Shown: piece by piece, positions 22,600 through 32,646 of the stretch
Layout of the letters: every line of letters starts with the position of its first letter
Position numbering within the stretch: the stretch's first letter is position 1
NCBI RefSeq assembly: GCF_038025025.1
Contig: NW_027117344.1
Span: forward strand, 1,302,001-1,366,000
Length of the DNA stretch: 64,000 nt
From: Phyllosticta citribraziliensis
Taxonomy: Eukaryota
Direction: 5' to 3'
Translations under genes and position numbers: made by a program
Notes under the pieces: generated by a model
Seen by the model: only the letters and a program-made list of their open reading frames with translations
Databases searched by the model: none
Told to the model about the DNA's origin: nothing

Positions 22600-25500
22600 C
22601 TATGCACGCCACAAGACTTCTTCGTCTAGGGGCATTGGAGTGAGACTCCTGGTCTCGTCATCGTCGTAATCTTCGTCTTCTGTATCCTTTGAGGAGGTAA
22701 AGGACCTGGATGATGCCATGGTCTCTGGCGTGGTCGGAGTTGGTGGCGTGATGTTGACACCTTGAGGTACGACCATGTCGGTGAGCTGTGCTTCTTGAGG
22801 TAGCTGGTCAAAATCTGGTTGCTCCTGCTCTTGCTCTCGCGACGTTGTTTCAGTGATCTCGGCGTCATTCCCGACTTCGTCGACTTTCTTCAGTCTACCG
22901 GCTCTCAACTCCTCTCGCTGCTTCATGATATCTCGTTCTCTGTCCATGGCTTTTGCCCTGCGCTCCTCGACATCCTTTCTCTTGACCACCTTCTTCAGCG
23001 CCTCGCTGGCTTGAATCAGACCGTCGATGCTAATGGCGTGATTGGTCATCTGCTGGTTGATGTAGTGGTAAACGGCGCCGGGATTGTCGCATTCGACTAG
23101 TGACTTTTCGTTGAGCTTGAGAAGAGCCAGAGCAACCTGGAACAAAAAGGTGCTGCCATCATGCATACACAAGACCACGTCCCATACGCGGAACAAGGCT
23201 TCTGCTGAAAGGCAGTCGGTAAAGACAGAGAGGAACCATTGGAACGTCAAAGCCTCGAGCTCGATGCCTAGCGCGTCAAAGTGCTGTGAGAGCTTCGGAA
23301 GCAATTCCGCGACATACTGCCTCAGCACGACCTGATCGGCACGAGAGGCCAGTAAGGAATGGTCGTAGTAGGACTCGGGAAGAATATTTTCAATCATGGT
23401 GGCGAGCACCCAGAAAGCATCCTCGGCAGTCGGCATGATGAGTAGTAGACAGGCGGTGATCAGATTCATACCCTGGCAGTAGCCGACAGAGAGGTTGCGA
23501 CGCGAATAGGCGACAAGGACCTCGTTAAGCTTGTGGACACCAGCGCCTTTGCGGAAAAAGATGTTGTCGGTGAGCGTGCGGTTGATGTCCATCTGGATTT
23601 GAGAAACCACTGTTGGGTCATCGACTCCGTTGGCGACTAGATCCTCGTAATAACCGGGCACCCTCATTGCAGCAGCGCCGCTGCATTCCGCCCAGATCTT
23701 TGCGCGATACGCGACGGGGATGCCACTTAGAACAAGATTCCTAAACTCCTTCCATTTGGCTCGTCCGACTTTTCCTTTGTTGCCAGCCCCTGCGATGCCG
23801 ACAATCTCACCATCAGTAAGCAATGTCTCCGGCATGGCAAGCTTGGCACGTCCCTCATTTGCTGCCACAGCATCTCCATCACGCTTACGCTCTGCACGGA
23901 CTTTGCGGAGAAAGTCATTCCATTTGACTGTCTTTTCTCGCTGGAGTGAGTCATGCAGCTCTGTAAGCTGTTCAAGGAGAACTTTGACGGGATCAGGCTG
24001 AGGGCTTCCGAGAATTCTCGATGGACTTGCTGGTCCGCTGATAGAAGGCCGAGCGAGTTCAGCATGAGCAGACGTCTCGTGAGACGGTGATGGCTCTGGA
24101 TTGCTGCTCAGAGCTGGATAAGACCCAGACTTGGAGACCACTAATTGGGATGCCGCCTTGGGAGTATCATCCGCGTCAATCACGGTGATTGGTGCGGCCG
24201 ACGGAGTGTGAGACAGCAACTCGGTCGGAAATGTTGCGGTCTTCAGATAGTCTTGCCAACCCTTGGCTTTGAGAGTCTCCTCATCTAAAGAGCGTATGCT
24301 TGGCGGACGTGCCTCTGTCGCTTCTTGGGCGGCCTGTTCACCTTCGAGGTGCGTCTTCAGGCTCTCTCGAGCTTTGCCAACCACTTCAGATTTGGCATGA
24401 GGGCGGGTCCCTCGGATAGCAGCACCCGCAGCTTCGGCTTGTCTCCTTTTTCGCTTTTGATCGTAGATGAAACCGAACCTGTCCGTCAAGAACTCGGCAC
24501 TTTCGCTCATGTTATGCAAAGGCATCAAGGTCGGCGGCCTGGACTCCTCGGGCAAAATCATGTCCATCTCGACCGGCCCAATGTTACTCGGCGTCCTCTG
24601 CATCGGAGCCGGACTGCCCAGACTTGAAGCCTTGCTACGCGCAGAATCTGGAGGCAGGCTCTTGATTGTGCCATTTGGTCCAAGCGAAGCTCTCGAAGGT
24701 CGAGCACGTGGACCGCTAGGCTTTGGCGTGGGTCCAGTGGCCTTGGTCGACTCCATCGAAGTGGTACGCGTAAACCGGTTGGAATTCTGCCCGTTTGCAG
24801 TAGGCCGTCCTCTCAAACTGGCCAGTTTGTCGCCTTCGCGAGTTTGGTTGTTGCCAGCCACCAACCGCAAAGCCCAGGAGGCGACCGAGCCCGAGGATCT
24901 ACGAGAGGACGCCGAAGCCTCTTCTTCGCTGTCAACCCGCTTGACTCCACCTTTGCCTTTGGTCTGCGGTGGCGGCATAAAGGTCTCGCCACTGAGCGCC
25001 TTTCTGGATCCACTTGAGGCTCTTGAGCGCGGTTGAGATGTTGATTCTTCATCGTGATTGCTTGCAACGCTCGGAGTCGTGCTAGGCAGCTTGCTCGTGG
25101 ATCCGCTGAACACATAGCTCTTCCAGCTTTTGGAGTCCTTTTGTTTGGTCGTCCCAAAGTCGCCCGAGGTGACTGAAAGATTGTCCCCTAAGGTCGGAAA
25201 AGCAGTCACAGAAGAGTCGTCCTCGACTTGCGGCATCGACTCCCTCTCCCCATCGTGTTGCTCTGCTAGTGCCTGGGCGACATGAGCGTCGATGGGATCT
25301 TCCGGGTGCACCCCGTCCGCTTCACCTATGCTTTGCCTTTTCCGGCCAGCATCGCCGGATTCGCCTGCCACGTTGTGCGGACCACGTTCAAGGCCCCGCA
25401 GCCGTTTTTCAATGTCCAAATTCGAAACCTCGCACTCCTGCAACATTTTCCTCAGCAGTCTCTCCCGCTCTTCTGCCTTTCGCCGCAGCGCCGTCATCTG

Positions 25501-26022
25501 AGCGTCGCGTTGGGCCAGGTCAGTGGCCAGTTGCTTGATCAGGTCGACGGCGCCGTGCCGAGCAACCATGCGCTCAATGGAGTCATGGCTCGCATGATGC
25601 AGATTGCCCGGCACACTTGCAGAATCGCGCGGGGTATCATCGAAAAGGGCGGAGCGACCGTTTGACGTCGGGGTCGCTGCCAACAAGCTCCCAACTATCG
25701 ACTTTGGCGGCTTGGATGCTTTGCGCAAGGTGGGAGGGTCTGGAAGGCCCGGTGTATGTAGCGAGGCGGGCGAGGGCGTCTGCGGGTGTTCTTGGTCGTT
25801 TGCGAGCGTGGCGATGGGGGAGACTTCGGGGGACGGGGAAAGCGAAGGAAACGAGGTCAGGCTCTTGTCGTCCGAGGGCGTGCCCGCTGCTTTGGCCAAC
25901 GAGGCATTGGAGGCAGCTTTTCGAGGTCGCGTGCGTCTAGCGGTGGAGGATTTGCGGCTGCTCGAAGAAGCAGAGTTGGTCGAGGAGGTGCGGTAGAGGC
26001 GTTCGTCGCTCAAAGTATCCAT
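22600..26022 (-). CDS. TBC-domain Rab GTPase-activating protein
   Basis: 1140-aa ORF with GIPVAYRAKIWAECSGA, IQMDINRT (Arg finger) and YCQGMN (Gln finger); TDRFGF motif and coiled coils. Confidence 0.94.
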   Translation of the reverse strand: MDTLSDERLYRTSSTNSASSSSRKSSTARRTRPRKAASNASLAKAAGTPSDDKSLTSFPSLSPSPEVSPIATLANDQEHPQTPSPASLHTPGLPDPPTLRKASKPPKSIVGSLLAATPTSNGRSALFDDTPRDSASVPGNLHHASHDSIERMVARHGAVDLIKQLATDLAQRDAQMTALRRKAEERERLLRKMLQECEVSNLDIEKRLRGLERGPHNVAGESGDAGRKRQSIGEADGVHPEDPIDAHVAQALAEQHDGERESMPQVEDDSSVTAFPTLGDNLSVTSGDFGTTKQKDSKSWKSYVFSGSTSKLPSTTPSVASNHDEESTSQPRSRASSGSRKALSGETFMPPPQTKGKGGVKRVDSEEEASASSRRSSGSVASWALRLVAGNNQTREGDKLASLRGRPTANGQNSNRFTRTTSMESTKATGPTPKPSGPRARPSRASLGPNGTIKSLPPDSARSKASSLGSPAPMQRTPSNIGPVEMDMILPEESRPPTLMPLHNMSESAEFLTDRFGFIYDQKRKRRQAEAAGAAIRGTRPHAKSEVVGKARESLKTHLEGEQAAQEATEARPPSIRSLDEETLKAKGWQDYLKTATFPTELLSHTPSAAPITVIDADDTPKAASQLVVSKSGSYPALSSNPEPSPSHETSAHAELARPSISGPASPSRILGSPQPDPVKVLLEQLTELHDSLQREKTVKWNDFLRKVRAERKRDGDAVAANEGRAKLAMPETLLTDGEIVGIAGAGNKGKVGRAKWKEFRNLVLSGIPVAYRAKIWAECSGAAAMRVPGYYEDLVANGVDDPTVVSQIQMDINRTLTDNIFFRKGAGVHKLNEVLVAYSRRNLSVGYCQGMNLITACLLLIMPTAEDAFWVLATMIENILPESYYDHSLLASRADQVVLRQYVAELLPKLSQHFDALGIELEALTFQWFLSVFTDCLSAEALFRVWDVVLCMHDGSTFLFQVALALLKLNEKSLVECDNPGAVYHYINQQMTNHAISIDGLIQASEALKKVVKRKDVEERRAKAMDRERDIMKQREELRAGRLKKVDEVGNDAEITETTSREQEQEQPDFDQLPQEAQLTDMVVPQGVNITPPTPTTPETMASSRSFTSSKDTEDEDYDDDETRSLTPMPLDEEVLWRA

Positions 26023-26144
26023 CGGCGACCATGGACGGGTGTGTTGAGGGGAGTTGGCGTCGAATAGTTGCTGGCGTCGGCGTACAGGACATGCAGGGTG
26101 AGTTCAGCGCCGCAGTCTCTGCGTCATTTGTGCTGGGATGGGTT

Positions 26145-26170
26145 GCGGAGGCGGAGGCGGAGGCGGAGGC
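26145..26170. repeat. (GCGGAG)n microsatellite
   Basis: About 4 tandem GCGGAG units in the TBC/SprT divergent intergenic region. Confidence 0.8.
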
Positions 26171-26533
26171 CGAGGACGGGTAGAGGTGAGAGACGAGGCG
26201 CGAGAACGAAGAGGGAGAAAAAAAAATCGGCAAGGGAGCATTCGAGGGAGCGACGGGCAAATATGGGCGGGAATGTCGCGAGACGATAAACAAGCAACAG
26301 CCGACGGCTCGTTGGGTCGATGTTGGTTTTGGTTTATGCGTCAGGTCCGCCGGCGGTCGATGGAGTGGCCATGGTCCAGTCCAGTCCGGCGCCAACCAGA
26401 GCCAGCAGTTGCCCCCCCGCCGTCCCCACCGGCGTCTCGACACAACTCAATCTGAGCCCTACCAAATCGACATCGCCTTCGCTACGCTTGAAACTTTTTG
26501 TTTTCTTCTTCCTCCCCTCCTCTTTGCTCTTCC

Positions 26534-28159
26534 ATGTCTCTCAGCGACGAGGATGCCGCCGCCTTGGCCATCGCCCAGCTTGAGCGCCTCAGCAAGCCCC
26601 AGCTTTCGGCTGCCGACTCAATCGCGCGCCTCTTGGGCAACCAGGCCGATCCCTTTGCCGACATCCACCAGCTCTTCGCCCTTTTCGACTCGCTCTACTT
26701 TCGTGACCTCCTCCTTCCGCGCGTCGAGGTCTCCTGGTCACCGCGTTTGACACTGTAGGTTCGCCCTCTGGCCTGTTCTGTTGCTCTGCCTTCCCTATTC
26801 TTAGCCCCGACCCTTGGACCCTCTCCGCCTGTCTGCCCGGTGATCATTGCGCGCGCAATCCGTCCTCCAGGCAATCCTCAAGGCAGCCTTGGGTCCATCG
26901 TGTGTTGGCTTTGACGTGCGCCTGACCTGCTCCCGTCTCATCACCACCCACGCGTCCCGCCGCCCCGGCAGTGTTTCGAATGTCAACTTTGCAAAACACA
27001 CGACGCAGCAAGCCGCATGCTGCCAAGGCCTCATCCAAACTCTAGCAGGGCACGCATAGAGACATTGACCTGGACGTGAGGCTTGCTGCCAAAAGTCCCG
27101 CCACACAATTGAAGTTTACGCGAGCGGGCCACGGATATCCTATGTCTTTCCTTGCAGGCACCCGAATGCTCCTCGTTACACCAAGCCGAGGAGGCATGAA
27201 TGCTTATTGTTTCTACCCAAACAAGGAGAAACTTTTTTTTCTTTTTTCTTTTTCCTTCTGTCGTGTGCCATGGCTGTTGGCAGCCATCCGGGATACGGCC
27301 ACATGTCAACATCCACATGGGGAGCTCTTGGCATCTCACTATTTTAGCGAATCACGCCTTGACCAATAACAAACCAATTCGCGCGGGCTCCAGCTAACCC
27401 ATGTGCCTATTCAATAGTTGCGCCGGCATTTGTGAACTCTTCAAAGATTCAAACGGTCACTTCACACGCATACGGCTCAAGCTGTCGGAGCCCTTGTTGA
27501 AGTTTCGGCGTCGTTCCGACACGATCAACACGCTGCTACATGAATCGATACATGCCTACTTCTTCGTCACTTCCTCCTGGCGTCATTCTAGGAATGACGA
27601 CCCTTCAGGCCACGGCACAGGCTTTCAGATGCTGGCCTCAGCCATCAACGTCCATGGCGGCTATGAAATTTCAATTTACCACACTTTCCATGACGAGGTC
27701 GACAGCTATCGAACCCACGTCTGGAAATGTAATGGTCCATGCCGCGACAAGCCGCCTTATTTCGGCCTCGTCAAACGAAGCATGAACCGGGCTCCTGGCA
27801 AAAGCGACTACTGGTGGGCAAGGCATGAGTCTCAGTGTGGCGGAACCTATACCAAGATTGCCGAACCAGAATTGAATGCTAAGCAGCTCAAAGCTCTCAG
27901 CGCCAAAGCTAGGGCTGGAAAGCAAAACAACAAGATTGACAGCTGGGTCAAACAAGACTCGGAATCTGCCGACTCGAAACCAAAAGAGGCATCTCCTGAA
28001 GCTGGACCTGCAAAGGTCAGCAAGCCGAAAAGAAGGCTCAGCGAGGGCGAAGATGCTCCTCAGAAACCTAAGAAGATAATGTTGCAATGCCCAATCTGCA
28101 ATGCTCTCGTTACGGAAAAAGACGTCAACGAACACCTCGATTCTGTGCACGGGACTTGA
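26534..28159 (+). CDS. SPRTN: SprT-like (Spartan) DNA-protein crosslink metalloprotease with C-terminal UBZ
   Basis: Exon 1 ends VSWSPRLTL and exon 2 continues CAGICE...LLHESIH (HExxH); HVWKCNGPC, HESQCGGTY and CPIC...NEHLD UBZ motif. Intron 26755-27417. Confidence 0.9.
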
Positions 28160-29906
28160 CGATCTGCATGATCCGCCGACAGATCACGAGAGCTCCCTAC
28201 GCGCAATTGTGGCAGCATACGAAAGCTCCTTCGTCATGAACGATAGAGAAGCAATGCTCCATGGGTGCAGCGGTAGCCCAGGAGCCATTATTTTTCATTT
28301 CATCTTCTCAACGCCCACTGAACTTCGAGGACCGACTCTTGACCGTCAAATAAAGTGCTCCGTGATCGTCATCGGAGACCAAACTTTGAGTGGCAGGAGG
28401 ATGTGCGCAATCTGCACTATTATTGAGTAAGGCAGCTTTTCGGCATGGAAAATACCGCCTGCTCTTTTTTCGCTTTCTTCTTCGGACACGACCCTCCTGT
28501 ACAGTGGCCAGGATCCATGGGTGGTATCTTCGGAAAGCTTGTCAACGGTGCAGGTTTGACGACATGAGTCTGTCGATGGCAGATGGTGTTTCCCTCTGCT
28601 GTTGGGGCCTAAGCGAGGTCATCTCATACATCTCGGTCGGCACCGAAGACGGCTCCACACTCGACCGACCAACCGACAACCGAACGACGGCGGCCAACAT
28701 GAGAAGAGATCACGGAAGTCACAATGACTGCTGTCAAGTCAATACCCAGCAGTTGTGCTATCATAGCTAGACCGTCTCCAAGTATCCATTTTCGCGTTGA
28801 ATATAAGCTTATCTTGACGGTTCCTGGCGGCAGCTGGGTATCCGCTGCGCAAGATTTCGACAAGGGTTTGTAGGAGAATGCGAGTACGGCCGCCGGTGTG
28901 CAGACCCCGCTGATAGCAACGCAGGACTGCTATACACGCCAGCACGTTATGGACTCGCCGAACTACCTGCCGCATAAGGTGAAGCGCGGCGCTCTCGTGT
29001 GGCTTCTGTCGAGGATGGTTAAGCTTCCCCAAGCTTTGCTGAGCGTCGCCTTGTCCCTCGCGTGACTGAACCCTGTGATTGCGGCGGTCCAATGCCAGAG
29101 CTTTGAGCGACGGGCATGCGACCATGAATGAGTCCATGACTGCCGCCCGCATCGGTCCGCCGCAGCTACCGACCTGCTCGTCCTGGGATATTTCGCCGTT
29201 ATCACCCTCCCAACGACATCTATCCGCATTTGATCTTGGCAGCGCTACGGCCCGCTCGTACCGTAGTTGATTATGGGCACTGACCTTGTAGAATGCTACC
29301 TCGCAAGAGTCGACTTGAATGGTATGCTCGAGCCCACATCCTGGTCGACATTCCACCAGCGGCCTGTCTTTCTCCATTCAGAAGCTGCCAACGGGCCTCT
29401 AGAAGCGACGCCTATGTCGATCTATCACAAAGGCGCCTGTCCGCATGTCTACCACAAAACCACTGGCTGTGTGTCAAATCTGGAGCGTGCTGATAGTGCA
29501 GGTACCGCGGGATATCACCCCAAAAGAGCAGCTTCTAAATTATGCGCCTGTCTTCGGTGCTGGCGCCGCCGTGACTTTTTGTCTAATCGGAAAAAAGATG
29601 GCTCACAATGGAAGCTACTCTACCCCTCAAGCCTCCCACTTACCACGCCGTAGGTGAATTTCACTTCGCTTGGCGCGATGGCGAAAGTAGCCGATGTGTG
29701 GATACCACATGGGTTACCGCCACCGACATGGAGGGCTTGGGGGACTGTCGACTCTCGATCACAGGACTATAAATCTAGAGACTCAACCACAGTGTCAAAT
29801 CCATCGCAGCATCCAGTCTCATTCTCAGCAACTCCTCGGTCAGAAATCCCGCCAGCGCCTCAGCCAGTTCAATCTCAGGTCAAACGACTTCAAACAAATC
29901 TTCAAG

Positions 29907-30881
29907 ATGCAATTCACCGCCGCCTTTGCTGCCGCCGTCCTCTCGGCCACCACGGTCCTTGCTGCTCCCCAGCCCATGGGCCATGGCCTCGAGGCTCGCA
30001 TGGCTGCCCGCCGCGGCGCGAACTTGAACCACCTCTCGCAGCCCATCAAGAAGAATGGCAAGACTGCCCAGATTGCTGGCGTCAACGCGACGGCCAACGC
30101 ACCCACCAAGACCGAGGTCGAGTACAGCTCGAACTGGGCTGGCGCCGTCATCGAGGAGCCTCCCTCTGGCACCTTCACGGCCGTCTCGGGCAAGTTCACT
30201 GTTCCGACTCCCGGCGTCCCCAGCGGCAGCAGCGGCGCTGGAGAGTACGCGTAAGTCTCTCACTTCCAACCCATCGATACTTGAACTCTCTCCTAACACG
30301 AACAGCGCCTCGGCCTGGGTTGGCATCGACGGTGATACCTATGGCAACGCCATTCTCCAGACCGGCGTCGACTTTTACGCCACCAGCAGTGGCTCGTACA
30401 GCTTCGACGCCTGGTACGAGGTGAGCAGTGAGCCCAATCCTTCAACAGCGAGCAAAAACACTGACAATCACAACCAAAGTGGTACCCTGACTACGCCTAC
30501 AACTTCGACGGCATCGACATCAGCGTCGGCGACGTCATCACCGTGACGGTCGAGTCGTCGAGCAGCAGCGCGGGCACGGCCGTCGTCGAGAACGAGACCA
30601 CCGGCCAGCGCGTCAGCAAGTCTCTGACTGCCCCCGAGAGCTCGGCCACGCTGGGCGGCCAGAACGCCGAGTGGATCGTCGAGGACTTTGAGTCCAACGG
30701 CTCCCTCGTCTCCTTCGCCGACTTTGGCTCCGTCACCTTCACCGACGCCACGGCCGAGACGAGCTCTGGCGGTTCTTACGGCCCTTCGGACGGCTCCGTC
30801 ATCGAAATTGAGCAGGGCAGCACTGTCCTCACTTCTGTCTCTGTCGGATCCGGCGAGGTCACCGTCAGCTACACTGGTTAA
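29907..30881 (+). CDS. secreted glutamic protease, peptidase family G1 (eqolisin/aspergillopepsin-2-like)
   Basis: Signal peptide; YSSNWAGAV, SAWVGIDG, ILQTGVD, WYEWYP and NAEWIVEDF motifs. Introns 30251-30305 and 30421-30479; TATAAA at ~29768. Confidence 0.95.
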
Positions 30882-31630
30882 CTGGCTGCCGTCAAAAGCA
30901 AAGCTCACCGCCCAGTGCCTTCCTGGCTCTTGCGCGGGTAGCAACATCGACCGCCTTGCGTGGCGCTGACAAGCTGAACTGAGCTGGTACATTGGGACAA
31001 TGCTGCACATAGAAAGCAAGAAGGAGCACGAGGGGGAGAAAAAGAGATGAGACTAGATTTCCAAGAAAAAGACGGGAAAGAGAAGCGCGTAGAACGGATG
31101 GGCGGAAGACTGGTCTCCTAGCTGAACTCTTTTACTTTCTCATTTTTCCTTCCACCACTCCTTTTCTCTCGTTCATGTACATACATGATCTTCGTTGAAC
31201 ATATACATCTGCTTTTGGGGCCCCTCACACATCTGCTCGAAGCCTGATGCTGCTGCGTGTTGTGCTTTTAGCTAACCAGCAGATCCTTCTCCTGCGAGAG
31301 TGACTGCAGAAACAGGATGCAGCAGCGGTGTCGTCAGACAGCGACCAAAGGCTTGGAAGCGGTGACAATAACAGCCGACTCGCCCGCCTCTCCAACAGTG
31401 TCAAGAAAAAAGAACATCGGGTGTGCAAAGACACAAGGAACTTTCATTCGAAGATACTCCGGGCACAGGCACTTCGCACGAAGCCAACACCACATGCCAT
31501 TGTCTTCCTTGCGCTACCGGGCGGACCGCCCCCTGGCCACCTCAGCGCTCCCCTCACCTGTGGACCCACCCAAACAAAAAACGCACCGCCCACCCGCCCA
31601 ATCAACGAGCCAAACAAAAAAAGGGCAAAA

Positions 31631-31748
31631 CGTACAACAGCCGGGATTCGCTGCTGGTCACCCACGCAACTACTAATCGGCCGCAAGGTAGCTTATCTAT
31701 GGAAGAGCGGACGGGGTTCCGAGTTTTCTACCTGCTATGATCGTACGT
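31631..31748 (-). rRNA. dispersed 5S rRNA gene
   Basis: Reverse complement ACGTACGATCATAG...CCCGTCCGCTC...TTAGTAGTTGCGTGGGTGACCAGCAGCGAATCCCGGCTGTTGTACG (118 nt) matches the Pezizomycotina 5S layout. TTTT follows the 3' end and TATAAA lies at -24 to -29. Confidence 0.95.
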
Positions 31749-32646
31749 GGAAAATTTAGTGCAAGTTTGCGTTTATAATCTGTGTCACTGCTTGGTGCGG
31801 GAACTTCGAGATTCTGGCGACTTGTGTCAAGTGGCCAATGCTTTGGTTTTGCGAGGAAGGAGAGCATTGGGTGTGTGAGATGTAGGTATACGACTTGGTG
31901 ATTCGCGACTGGGAATGCCTTGGTGACAACTGTTGCTGAAGTGCTTCAAGCCTTCGCGAATGGACCTGGACGTCAACCACTGCGTCGAGTTAACAGACAA
32001 GCTCATGTACCTCGGGCATGGATAGATTCCACCACCTTCATGTGTGCCAATGGACTTCAAGCTGCATGGCCGAAGCGACGAGAATGGGGGCGGTGTGAAT
32101 GACGAAGGTGACAAAGAAGATGAGGGTGGTGGTCAAGGCGAACCGGGACCAAGGCTGGGCCTTCATATTTGTTGGATGTCGAGGCCTTCGAGTCGCCGAG
32201 GTGGACGATGGATAAGCAAACAACTAAACACCGCTCGAGGAAGAAAGTATGTACAGAGGAAGAGAAAAGTACGTCATTCGTGTTGAATTACCCACACCAC
32301 ACCCATAAAACCTCCCTCATTCATCAGATCCACCCATCCAGCACTCCACCCGTCTGTACGGGTCTTGCAGATCCGCCATCGCTTCAACAAAGCAAAAGGC
32401 TTCAGTCTTAAGCCATTGCTTGCTCAGCCTTCCGTTTTGCATTGTCAGCTTTTCCAAGTCTCGCTCCCCACCGTGGCGACTCGAGTCGAGCGACAAGGAG
32501 ATCTTTTAACTCGATCATGGATAGCCAGGTTGGCAGTTGAAGCCCACAGCATCTCGGTTTTCAGCAAAGCCCGTCCGCTGATTAGTTCGTACATCAATCC
32601 TCTTGGTCTCGACAAACTGAAGTGAAAAGAGGTCAACAAGGAGGCC

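Noticed and set aside
28739..29653. ORFs upstream of the G1 protease
   Set aside because: No domain features or coding bias; consistent with promoter sequence.
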